The position numbers were made by a program, and so were the translations under genes. From NCBI GenBank assembly GCA_030740155.1, contig JASLXV010000032.1, forward strand, positions 1 through 64,000: a stretch of DNA of 64,000 bases. Direction: 5' to 3'. The notes under the pieces were generated by a model. That model had not been told where the DNA came from, searched no databases, and saw nothing but the letters and a program-made list of their open reading frames with translations. This DNA is from Dehalococcoidia bacterium (lineage in GTDB: Bacteria; Chloroflexota; Dehalococcoidia; Lucifugimonadales; UBA3495). Positions within the stretch are counted from its first letter, which is position 1. Every line of letters begins with the position of its first letter. This document shows, piece by piece, positions 18,584 to 27,963 of this stretch.

Positions 18584-19065
18584 TTCAATTCACGATGAGG
18601 CATCTTGACCCTCATTGCTGCTGTAACCAATAATCCGGGATTTCCCATTTCATCAGGTGGCGGAGGCATGGAGCCCCGGCAAAGCCAACCAGCGAGGCCA
18701 GAGGCAGCAGTACCGTACGTGAGCCTGTTATGGATCGGGTCTCTTGCGGGAATGACCTGCCGTCAAGGTTGAGGCCGGTAGTTATCAGAGTCTGACCACC
18801 AATGGTCTTGCCCCATTTCTGCTGCCACAGGCTGTCGTAGCTCAGGGAAAATGTCTGGGTCAATCGTTCAGAGACTTTGTCAGGGCAACCTTATCGTCTC
18901 CAAATCCGGAGCGCAAGCGGTGGCTTCCGTAGGTACCGGAGTGCCCGCTTTATTCCGGCCGGCACCGAGTCCCGATGTAGGAGCTTCCATTCCGGGTCTC
19001 CTCCCCGAGGGCCGGGAGTCGGTTACGGGGGCACCGCCGCGACGGGCTCGAAACCCGGGCTGCCA

Positions 19066-19074
19066 TGCTATAAT
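19066..19074 (+). promoter_or_regulatory. Extended -10 promoter (TGcTATAAT) for selD
   Basis: Perfect TGnTATAAT about 30 bp upstream of ATG 19106. Confidence 0.65.
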
Positions 19075-19105
19075 TTCACTTAATCGAAACGATAAAGGAA
19101 AGGTT

Positions 19106-20152
19106 ATGGTAGCGGAGCCGATCCGGCTGACCAGCTTGGCCCATTGCGCCGGTTGAGCGGCCAAGTTCAGCCACGAGGACCTCGTCGAGGTCCTGAAGCA
19201 TATACCGGTGGTAACCCACCCCGATCTCCTGGTGGGTACCGGGACGGTGGACGACGCAGGAGTCTACCGCCTTGGCGATGACACCGCGTTGGTCCTGACG
19301 GTGGACTTCTTCCCTCCCGTCATCGATGACCCGTACAACTACGGTGCCATCGCCGTCGCCAACTCCCTCAGCGACATATACGCCATGGGAGGCAGGCCTC
19401 TATTGGGCTTGAACATCGTGGGCTTCCCGGTGGAACTCCCCAAGAATATTCTCGGGGAGATACTGAGGGGTGGCTCCGACAAGGCCCAAGAGGCGGGGTG
19501 CCTCATCATCGGCGGCCACACGGTGGACGACCGGGAACCCAAGTACGGTCTGGCCGCCGTGGGGCTGGTTGAGCCCGGGAAAGAGGTCACCGTCGCCGGC
19601 GCCAAGCCCGGGGACCGGCTGGTCCTGACCAAGCCACTGGGCACCGGGATCATCACCACGGCGGGCAAGCAGGAACGGGTGTCGCCGGAGGTGATGGAGC
19701 GGGCGGTGGCCGTGATGAGCAAGTTGAACCGGGCGGCTTCGGAAGCCATGCTCAAGGTGGGGGTGAACGCCTGCACCGACGTCACCGGCTTCGGCCTCAT
19801 CGGCCACCTCAACAACATTATGGAGGCCAGCGGCGCCGGGGCCGAACTCCGGCTGTCGGACATACCGGTGATACCGGGAGCGTGGGAGCTGCTCGAGCAG
19901 GGAATCGTTCCCGGAGGCACCCACCGTAATTTCGAAGGCGCCGGACAACGAGTGCGCTGGCACCAGGACGTGTCCGAGAACACCAGGCTGCTCCTATGTG
20001 ACGCCCAGACCTCCGGTGGCCTTCTCATATCAGTGCCGGAGGACCGGACCGATGCGTTGCTGAAGGAGCTGGAAGCCGCCGGCATCGAAGGCGCACGGGT
20101 CATCGGCGAGCTTCTGCTCGACGGTAAAAAGGGGATTCAGGTGGTGCCCTAA
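19106..20152 (+). CDS. selD: Selenide, water dikinase (selenophosphate synthetase), selenoprotein form (TGA 19154-19156 = Sec)
   Basis: MVAEPIRLTSLAHCAG-U-AAKFS continues in frame into 'DDAGVY', 'TVDFFPP', 'ANSLSDIYAMGG', 'GGHT', 'TDVTGFGL', 'DAQTSGGLL'. Confidence 0.96.
19176..19194 (+). promoter_or_regulatory. Putative SECIS hairpin of selD
   Basis: AGGACCTC-GTC-GAGGTCCT perfect 8-bp stem about 20 nt after the UGA, with possible lower pairing TTC/GAA. Confidence 0.6.
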
Positions 20153-20334
20153 AGGCAAGGGACGCCGAGGGTGGCGCGCCTTGATTCGGTCCCAGTAGCC
20201 TCCGGCGCGGTTTGAGACTCCCGTGAGAAATCCTCCATAGCCCCCCTTTCGTAAAGGGGGGTTGGGGGGGGTCTCCCTCTCCGGCCTATTCCATCCAGGG
20301 CCGACCCAACGCCCTCGAATGGCCGCCGGGGCCG

Positions 20335-22743
20335 TCACGCCAGGGCGCCGGACTGCTCCAAGCCCCTGATCTCTTCCTCCGACATGTTCAGGAGGCCGCC
20401 GATGACGGCCAGGTTGTCCTCTCCCAGGGCGTGGCATCGTTCCACTCTCCCCGGCGTCTCCGACAACCGCACAAAGGTCCCCGGGTATTCGACGGGTCCG
20501 ATTTCCGGGTCATCCACCGACGCGAGAAAGCCCCGCGCCCGCAGGTGAGGGTCCATGAATAGCGACTCACCGTGCTGGACGGCGCCAGCGGGGACCCCCT
20601 CTTTCTGAAGAATGAGCATCACCTGGTGGGGCGTGTAATCCCTGGTCCACTCCCCAATCCGCTCGTCCAGCTCGTCCTGATGCGACAGGCGTTGCTCCAT
20701 GGTCGAGAACATCTCCTCCTGGCACCAGGCCGGGGACCCGAGCACCCGGCAGAGGGCCTGCCACTCACCCTCGTCTCGAGCGGCGATAACACACCAGGCG
20801 TCGCCTCCCTTACAGGGGTAGGCGCCGTGGGGGGCCAGGTACCGGTGACGGTTGCCCATGGGCGGGGGAAGGTAGCCGTTGACGGCGTGGTCCAGGTACA
20901 CGTTTCCCATGGCGAAGGCGGTGGCGTCGACCTGGCTCAGCTCGATGAGCTGTCCCTGGCCGGTGAGGTCTCGGTGGCGGAGGGCCGCCAGCACCGCCAC
21001 GCCGCCGAAGGCCGCGCTGAGGTAATCGGGCGTCCAAACCGGTGGCCCGGCCGGCTCGGGGCTGTCCGGATATGACCAGAGGTGGTACATGCCGGTCATT
21101 CCCATGGCCACCGCCGCCAGGCCGACGTTGTTCCGGTAGGGGCCGGTGGTGCCGAACCCTGGCAGCCGCACCATCAGGATGTCGCGGCGCAAGGTGCGGA
21201 GCTCCTGGTAGCCGAGGCCCCAGTTGTCCATGACCCGGGGGCTAAAATTCTCCAGCACCACGTCGCAGTGGGGAATGAGTTTCTTGATGATCCGCCGGCC
21301 CTCCACCGTGCTCATGTCCACCGCGATGCTCCGCTTGTTGCGGTTCATCTCGTCGAAGGTGACCTTCTGCTGCATGATGATGCGTGGGTCCAGGCCGGGG
21401 CTGATGCGCCCGCGCTGCTGGCGGACCCGGGACTCGACCTTGATAACCTCGGCGCCGTTCTCCGCCAGGAGCCGGGCCAGGTACGGGCCGGCGATGGCCA
21501 GTGTGAAGTCCAGGACCCGAATGCCTTCCAGAGGAGCCGAGGGTGTTCTGGAGCGGCGGGCCGGCCGGCGTCGCGAAGCTGCGGGCCTTGATGACGGCTT
21601 CGGCGCCAGCACCTCTGAGTTGTGCTGCCCCAGCAGAGGCGCGGGTCTGAAGAGTTCCGCCGGGGTGTCGCTCAACCGGAAAGGCGCCCGCATCACCCGG
21701 TGCCGGCCGATGACGGGGTGCTGGACCTCGGCGTCCAGGTCTCGCTCCCGGAAGTGGGGGTCACGGGTAAACTCGTCGGGCCGGTTGATCGGGCCCACGG
21801 TGATGTGGTGGGCTTGACCCTGGAGGAAGAGATCCGCCTTGGACATCTCCTGGGTGAACTCCATGGTGATGGGTTCGATGACATCGAGGTTGGCGATGCG
21901 CAAATGGCGGTTGTCCCACATGGGATCGGTGAACAGTTCCGGGCTGCCCATCCACTCCACGAAGCTCCTCCAGTGGGCGGTGGCGATGACCACCAGGTGG
22001 ATGAACCCGTCGTCGGCTGGGTAGATCCCGTAGGGCATGCCTCCCCCCACGGGGGTGCGGTTGCCGGCCCGTTCCAGGACCGTGGCGTTGGAGCTGTAGT
22101 TGACGAGGATGTGCTGCTGGCCCGCCGACACTTCTTGGCAGGAGACCTCCACCCGTTGTCCCTGGCCCGTGGCCTCCTGGTGACGCAGGGCCAAGAGCGC
22201 GCCGTAGGCTGCGAAGGCGGAGGCCAGGTCGTAGGGTACGTCTTGGACCTCGGCCAGCGGCGGCCGGTCGGGAAAACCGCACAGGGACATGACACCCCCC
22301 ATGGCGGTGCAGACGATGCTGGGAGCCTTGAAGTTCCGGTACGGGCCCGAAAGCCCGAAGCCGGAGATGGACACCATGACCAGGCCCGGGTTCTCCTGGC
22401 TGAGGGTCTCGTAGTCCAGGCCCCAGGCTTCCAGGGTCCCCGGCGCAAAGGTCTCGACCACGGCGTCGGCGTCGCGGGCGAGTAGCCGAAAGGCCTGACG
22501 CCCGTCCTCGGAGTCCAGATCCAGGGCCACGCTCTTCTTGTTGGTGTTGAGGTTGATGAAGGTGAGGCTGGATTCGATGCCGGAACTGTTACTCGCGAAG
22601 GGGCCCACGTGCCGCGACGGGTCGCCCTCCGGCGGCTCGATCTTGATCACCTCGGCGCCCAGGTCGGCCAGCAACCGCCCGCAGAGGTGTCCTTCCCGCT
22701 CCGTCAAGTCCAGGACGCGTAGTCCCTCCAGCGCTCCAGGCAT
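20335..22743 (-). CDS. Family III (CaiB/BaiF) CoA-transferase, two fused domains
   Basis: Two CaiB domains ('GLRVLDLT..ADLGAEVIKIEPP' and 'GIRVLDFT..AENGAEVIKVES'); catalytic Asp likely in C-domain 'WTPDYLS'. Confidence 0.92.
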   Translation of the reverse strand: MPGALEGLRVLDLTEREGHLCGRLLADLGAEVIKIEPPEGDPSRHVGPFASNSSGIESSLTFINLNTNKKSVALDLDSEDGRQAFRLLARDADAVVETFAPGTLEAWGLDYETLSQENPGLVMVSISGFGLSGPYRNFKAPSIVCTAMGGVMSLCGFPDRPPLAEVQDVPYDLASAFAAYGALLALRHQEATGQGQRVEVSCQEVSAGQQHILVNYSSNATVLERAGNRTPVGGGMPYGIYPADDGFIHLVVIATAHWRSFVEWMGSPELFTDPMWDNRHLRIANLDVIEPITMEFTQEMSKADLFLQGQAHHITVGPINRPDEFTRDPHFRERDLDAEVQHPVIGRHRVMRAPFRLSDTPAELFRPAPLLGQHNSEVLAPKPSSRPAASRRRPARRSRTPSAPLEGIRVLDFTLAIAGPYLARLLAENGAEVIKVESRVRQQRGRISPGLDPRIIMQQKVTFDEMNRNKRSIAVDMSTVEGRRIIKKLIPHCDVVLENFSPRVMDNWGLGYQELRTLRRDILMVRLPGFGTTGPYRNNVGLAAVAMGMTGMYHLWSYPDSPEPAGPPVWTPDYLSAAFGGVAVLAALRHRDLTGQGQLIELSQVDATAFAMGNVYLDHAVNGYLPPPMGNRHRYLAPHGAYPCKGGDAWCVIAARDEGEWQALCRVLGSPAWCQEEMFSTMEQRLSHQDELDERIGEWTRDYTPHQVMLILQKEGVPAGAVQHGESLFMDPHLRARGFLASVDDPEIGPVEYPGTFVRLSETPGRVERCHALGEDNLAVIGGLLNMSEEEIRGLEQSGALA

Positions 22744-22853
22744 CTAGCTCTCCTTCCAAGCTATCCGGCTTTGCTGAAATGACGCCCAGGGGCGGATTAT
22801 TGGGGTGGGTCAAGGGGAAAACTCCCCAATGGGCTCCACCGACCCGCCGGTGG

Positions 22854-24047
22854 CTACACCACCCCCTCCTGTTGGAGCCGGGCGTACTCCTCGTCGCCGA
22901 TGTCCAGGTAGCGGGCCAGCACCTCGCGGGTGTGTTCTCCCAACCGGGGCGGCGGGCCCTGCAGGGTCAGCGGCGTTTCTGACATCCGTAGTGGCATGCG
23001 CAGCACGCTCACCGGGCCGGCGGTGGGGTGCTGGAGTGTCTGTTTCATCTGGTTGTGCACCACCTGGGGATGAGAGAAGGCCTCCTTCACCGTGTTGACC
23101 GGCTCGGCGAGTACCTGCTGAGCGTTGAGGAGGGTCACCCATTCGCCGGTAGTCTTGGTGGCGAGGACCCCCTCGAGGATCTCCCGCAACTGCTTCCGGT
23201 TCCTCACCCGGTCCGAGTTGGTGGCATAGTCGGGGTTCCCCGCCAGGTGTTCCAACCCCATCGCCGCGCACAGCCTGGGGAACTCCCGGTCGGTGGTAGC
23301 GCTGATGTTCATATACCCGTCGCTCGTCCGGTAGGCGCCCGAGGTGGAGAGCGAAGGGTGGCTGTCGGGGGCGGTGCGCCCCGGCACGTTGCCGGTGGCA
23401 AAGTAGCCGGCGGCCAGAGCGCCCAGCGGCGCCATGGCCGAGTCCAGCAAGTTGGTGCTCACCTGCTGCCCCATACCCGTCCGGTCCCTGACCCGCAGCG
23501 CCGCCACAATCCCCAGCGCCGCGCTGTACCCGGACAGGATGTCGCCGTAGGAAATCGAGGACTTGATGGGAGGGCCGTCGGGCTGCCCGGTCACGCTCAT
23601 GGCCCCGCCGAGCCCCATGACCATCAGGTCCAAGGCCCCCTTTTCCCCGTAAGGGCCGTCCTCCCCATAGGCGCTGAGCCAGCAGTAAATCAGCTTCGGA
23701 TTGATGGCCTTCAGGGAGTCATAGTCCAGGCCCGCCCGGTAGATCCAGCCACGGAGAAAGTTGTGGACCACCACGTCAACCTTGGCGACCAGGCTTCGCA
23801 TCAGTTCCAAGGCCCGGGGATGCTTCAAGTTGAGCGTAATACCTAGTTTGCCCCGGTTGTTGGCCATGAAGTACACGCTCTCCCCGGCGACGAACGGAGG
23901 ACCGTACTCCCGGGAGATATCCCCTTTGCCCGGTTCCTCAACCTTCACCACCTCGGCCCCCAGGTCGCTGAGCAACATGGTGCACCAGGGGCCGCTCAAC
24001 ACCCTGGTGAAGTCGAGCACGCGGCAGCCGTCCAGCGCTCCAGCCAT
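22854..24047 (-). CDS. Family III CoA-transferase
   Basis: 'RVLDFTRVLSGPWCTMLLSDLGAEVVKVE', 'YGDILSG', 'PPRLGEHT'. Confidence 0.93.
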   Translation of the reverse strand: MAGALDGCRVLDFTRVLSGPWCTMLLSDLGAEVVKVEEPGKGDISREYGPPFVAGESVYFMANNRGKLGITLNLKHPRALELMRSLVAKVDVVVHNFLRGWIYRAGLDYDSLKAINPKLIYCWLSAYGEDGPYGEKGALDLMVMGLGGAMSVTGQPDGPPIKSSISYGDILSGYSAALGIVAALRVRDRTGMGQQVSTNLLDSAMAPLGALAAGYFATGNVPGRTAPDSHPSLSTSGAYRTSDGYMNISATTDREFPRLCAAMGLEHLAGNPDYATNSDRVRNRKQLREILEGVLATKTTGEWVTLLNAQQVLAEPVNTVKEAFSHPQVVHNQMKQTLQHPTAGPVSVLRMPLRMSETPLTLQGPPPRLGEHTREVLARYLDIGDEEYARLQQEGVV

Positions 24048-24420
24048 CGGATCCTCCTCAATTGGCCGCTCACCCAGCGGGGCTTTGGCGTCCGGATGTT
24101 GCGCATTTCAGGGGCAGCCAGGCCCGCAGGCGCCACCAGGGGTAGGAGCGCCTATCGCCCGGTAGGGTGGGACAGGTAAGGCTTCGCCAAGACTCTCGAT
24201 GCAGCCGCCGCAAGCAAAGGAGGGGGGTCATCCTCAAGGCCCGCGCCGCCCTTGGCGAGCGAAGGCGGCTCCATTAACCAGGACCGGGAAGGAGACCGGC
24301 TTCAGGCATGGTCCCTTCGCCATTGCCGCCGCCCCAACGGCGTCCACGCTCTCGGAGCCAGTGGGGCGACGGTGCCGGAACGGGGCCCAGCCGTTGGCCC
24401 CGGGCCGTGTCTTGAGGCCC

Positions 24421-25536
24421 TCACTCCCGCGAAGGCAACACTACCGTGGCGCCTCCCCGGATGGTTCTCTCTTCACGCTGGTCATATCCCCAGAGTTCCA
24501 ACTCCACCAGCGCCTCTCCGCCTTCCTTCCGCTTCCCGCTGACGAGGCCCTTGAGCCAAGTAGTGTCGCCGTTCAGGTTGAAGCGGCGGACCTCCCCCCA
24601 GAAATCCTTGATGAAGCCGTCGTCCCCCATCCAGTTGGTGACCACCTGACATAACCAGGATACCCGCTGGGGGCCAAAGTCGTACGCGCCGGGCACTCCA
24701 ACACGGCGGGCGAAGTCGGGGTCCCAGTGCACCCGCTCGGGCACGTCCGGGATCCCGGCCTCGTTGACGACGAAGGCGTAGGGATGCTTCTTGTAGTAGT
24801 CGATTGCTATCTTGTGGGCGAAGGCGAAGGGGCGGAAGCCCCAGCCGATCTTGAAGGCAATATTATCGGTAACCCGCAGGGGGCCCTTCACCACATGGGG
24901 CAGCTCCTGGCCCTCTTCCACTTCCTCCCAATAACGGGGCTCGGCGCCCCTTACCTCCTCCAAGTCGTAGTCGGCGAAGATCCGGTCGATCTCCGCCGGC
25001 GTGTAGCTGGCCGACTCCAGGTAGGTGTACTTCCCCTTGGACACCGCCGCGTCCCGCTCGGTCCGCATGAGCCACTCCGTAGCCTGGCCGATGGCCTGTC
25101 CCTCCGGGGTGGTAAAGTCGTAAGTAAACTCCTGGAGGATGGCGCGGCCGGCGAACCTGGTCTCCTTGGGAGTGAGGCCGCTGGGCGTTACCGTGCCCCG
25201 GATGCCCGTCCCATCCCGGAGAGGCCCCGCCATCTTGAAGGATGCACCGGACCACATTGCATGGACGCCGGCCAACCCCTGGGGTGCGCCGCGGCCGAAG
25301 CAGGAGAAGAGGAATGTTGGTGGAGCCACCACACTTCCCCGGCGGGTCCCTTTCGCGTAATCCTCGTCGCTGAACAGGGGGTTGGTATCCCCAATGCCCA
25401 AGGAAAAGTGGGCGATGGTGTCGATGCTGGCGTTGCGGTTGAAGGGCTCCTTAACCTGCAGGGGTTTGCCCTCGAACTGGCGCAGGCGGGTCAGCTCCTC
25501 TTCGGTGATCTTGGGAAACTCCGAATGTTCGGCCAC
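24421..25536 (-). CDS. Double hot-dog (MaoC/FAS1-DH-like) acyl dehydratase
   Basis: 'IAHFSLGIGDTNPLFSDEDYA..APPTF', second domain 'YWEEVEEGQELP...VHWDPDFA...VVTNWMGDDG'. Confidence 0.85.
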   Translation of the reverse strand: MAEHSEFPKITEEELTRLRQFEGKPLQVKEPFNRNASIDTIAHFSLGIGDTNPLFSDEDYAKGTRRGSVVAPPTFLFSCFGRGAPQGLAGVHAMWSGASFKMAGPLRDGTGIRGTVTPSGLTPKETRFAGRAILQEFTYDFTTPEGQAIGQATEWLMRTERDAAVSKGKYTYLESASYTPAEIDRIFADYDLEEVRGAEPRYWEEVEEGQELPHVVKGPLRVTDNIAFKIGWGFRPFAFAHKIAIDYYKKHPYAFVVNEAGIPDVPERVHWDPDFARRVGVPGAYDFGPQRVSWLCQVVTNWMGDDGFIKDFWGEVRRFNLNGDTTWLKGLVSGKRKEGGEALVELELWGYDQREERTIRGGATVVLPSRE

Positions 25537-25805
25537 GTAGGCACCTCCGTTGGGGATGGGTTCGCCTCATCGAGTTACTTTATGCCATCAACCCCGGCCA
25601 TCAGGCCTTGGGCGCCGGAGTTGGGCGCCGCCGGGCAGGCAGCCCCATTGTAGGTCCATGTCCCAGTGGGGTCAACACGCGCCTGCGCGGGGGCATCCCG
25701 CTCACAATCGACGACTCCACTCCCGGGCGCCGGGCCGGTTGCGTTGCTGGGAATTTATCCCGGAAACCGCCGCCGGTTCCGAGGAGGCTCGGCGGCTGGT
25801 TGCCG

Positions 25806-25889
25806 GTACTCAGTCAACTCGTTTCTTACACGATGTCATTCCGAGCGAAGCGAGGAATGACATCTGCCAGCATTCGAGCCAACGAGTAC
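25806..25889. mobile_element. MITE/REP-like element family B, short copy
   Basis: Begins GTACTCAGTCAACT (same end as 63105 element), internal TGTCATTCCGAGCGAAGCGAGGAATGACA hairpin, ends GAGTAC overlapping a TAG stop. Confidence 0.6.
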
Positions 25890-26671
25890 TAGCGCATCTT
25901 CCAGACGGGCTGCCGCTTCTCCACGAACGCCCTCACCGCCTCTTTGCGGTCCTCGGTCCGGTCGACGATGGCCCGGAGGGGCTCCGCCAGCTTGACCGAG
26001 GTGTCCAACGGCAGGTCGCGGGTCTGGGTTATGACCCGCTTGATGGTCTGGACGGCTATGGGCGAGCAGCGCTCGACCTCTCCGGCGATCCGGTCCGCCT
26101 CCTGGAAAAGGGCCTCCCGGTCGGGCACCACGCTCTGGATCAGCCCGATGCGGTAAGCCCGCTCGGCGTCGATGTGGATGCCCGTGAGTTGCATGTACAG
26201 GGCCTCACCCACGGGAATGGCCCGCGAGAGGTAGTAGAGGCCAAAGCCGGCCGTCGACCCGGCGTTCCTGGGCTCCGGCAGGGCAAAGGCGGAAGCCTGG
26301 GTGGCGATGCGTATGTCGCACTGGAGGGCCAGCTCCAGCCCGCCGCCCAGACAGTAGCCGTCGATGGCGGCGATGACCGGCTTGAACAGGTTGACATCCC
26401 GGAACGGCCACATCGGCATGGCACGGGCTTCGCCTTTGCTGAGGGCCTGATCTTGTTCCTTCAGGTCGGCCCCGGCGGAGAAGGCCCGTCCGCCCTCGCC
26501 GGTGACGATGGCCACCAGTAGATTGTCGTCGTCCCGGAAATCGATCAAGATATCCCGCAGGGCCGTCCGTAGCTCTCTGTTAATGGCGTTGAGCGCTCGA
26601 GGCCGGCTGAGGGTGATGTAGGCCCTGTGGCCCCGCTTCTCGTATTTCACCGGAGTCTCGTTCGTGGTCAT
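25889..26671 (-). CDS. Enoyl-CoA hydratase/isomerase (crotonase) family protein
   Basis: 'RAFSAGADLKE', 'KPVIAAIDGYCLGGGLELALQCDIRIA', 'FALPE'. Confidence 0.95.
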   Translation of the reverse strand: MTTNETPVKYEKRGHRAYITLSRPRALNAINRELRTALRDILIDFRDDDNLLVAIVTGEGGRAFSAGADLKEQDQALSKGEARAMPMWPFRDVNLFKPVIAAIDGYCLGGGLELALQCDIRIATQASAFALPEPRNAGSTAGFGLYYLSRAIPVGEALYMQLTGIHIDAERAYRIGLIQSVVPDREALFQEADRIAGEVERCSPIAVQTIKRVITQTRDLPLDTSVKLAEPLRAIVDRTEDRKEAVRAFVEKRQPVWKMR

Positions 26672-26880
26672 AGGTCCCTCCTTACAATTTGCCCGGCAAG
26701 CCGGCCCTCATGCCGCGCCTTTCCAGGCGCGAAAGAAGGGCCCTCGCCGCGTCGCCTTCGGCGGAGCGGCCCAGGCCCTTTTCCCAATTTGTTTCGCAGG
26801 AGCACTGGTGCAGCCCGCCGAGCGTATATCAATTCAGTGGCGGCGATAGCAACCGGCATGAGGACGGTTCTCACCGGCCG

Positions 26881-27870
26881 CTAGATTATCCGAACCACCG
26901 CCCCTTGGCTGCGGGCCACCAGCTCGCGGCGCTGGTTCTCGTACTCGATCTCCCTCACCAGGAACCTCAGTGCCCCGCTCCGGCCCGTCTTGTCGTAGAC
27001 TTCCTTCCATTGGCCGTAGGCGGTAATGGTGTCCCCCGGCCGAACCGGCGAGTACCAGTGGAACTCGTCCCAGCCGTTGCCGCCCCCTTTGGCGGTATTG
27101 GGGGCCACGTTGGGTTCAGGTTTCGCGGAGGCCCGCCCGCGGCGGTAGCTGGGGTCGAGGGCCGCCAAGAAGGTGGGCGGAGCTATGACGCCGCCGTGAA
27201 GGCTGTTCTTGGAGTACTCCGGGTCGGTGTACAGCGGGTTGAAGTCCTCGGTGGCCTCGGCGAACATGGTGATCCAGGTGCTGTCGACGTGGGCCGTGTA
27301 GGGCGTCCAAGGCACGCCCATGTGGGCTTCAATCTGGGCCGCCTCCATATACTGCTCTCCAAGGATCGAGCCCACCCGCTGGGCACGCGCCTCGTCGCTG
27401 AGAATCCGCACCAGACTGGGCCGCTCATCCGGGTGCTCCCGGGAAGGTAGAACCACCACCGCGTGGCCGGGCGTGGTTATCCTCTCCTCGGTGCCCACCA
27501 CCTCGGTATCCACCTCAACCAGGTGTTCGCCGTCTTGTTCCAGCTTGTTGACCACCTTGCCGCGGATCATCACCGTGTCGCCGGGCTTGTCGGGGCCCCG
27601 GTAGTAACACTTCATCTCCCGCACGGTGCCGGAGGGTCCCGCCCAATCGGTGAGCAGCTGGGCGGTGAAAGTCGTCTTCACCATACCGTGGGCAATGATG
27701 CCGCCCCACACGTTGTTTTCGTTGGCCCACTCCTGGTCGTAGTGCAGCGGAGAGAAGTCCCTGGAAGCGCCGGCATACCTGACCAGCATGCCGGTGGTAA
27801 TGACCTTGTTCAGGGATGGAAGCTCATCGCCGATGTTCACGTCTTCGTAAAATGGAGAATCCGACATCAC
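26881..27870 (-). CDS. Fused two-domain MaoC-type (R)-hydratase/dehydratase
   Basis: N-domain 'YAGASRDFSPLHYD..IIAHGM', C-domain 'FAEATEDFNPLYTD..IAPPTF..VRPGDTI'. Confidence 0.85.
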   Translation of the reverse strand: MMSDSPFYEDVNIGDELPSLNKVITTGMLVRYAGASRDFSPLHYDQEWANENNVWGGIIAHGMVKTTFTAQLLTDWAGPSGTVREMKCYYRGPDKPGDTVMIRGKVVNKLEQDGEHLVEVDTEVVGTEERITTPGHAVVVLPSREHPDERPSLVRILSDEARAQRVGSILGEQYMEAAQIEAHMGVPWTPYTAHVDSTWITMFAEATEDFNPLYTDPEYSKNSLHGGVIAPPTFLAALDPSYRRGRASAKPEPNVAPNTAKGGGNGWDEFHWYSPVRPGDTITAYGQWKEVYDKTGRSGALRFLVREIEYENQRRELVARSQGAVVRII

Positions 27871-27963
27871 CAGCCCTCCTTGTTGCCAAATTTGCTTGGG
27901 TCCGCTGACCCCGGCACTCGCCGGGGTCAGCCACGTTTGGGCGCCAGACCGGCGCCGGCCCGC

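Noticed and set aside
18612..18863. 83-aa ORF upstream of the DHDPS-like gene
   Set aside because: TTG start, no clear RBS or recognisable motif; cannot be supported as a gene.
18851..19156. Separate 101-aa ORF ending at TGA 19156 and a selD starting at 19208
   Set aside because: These are the two halves of one Sec-containing selD starting at 19106.
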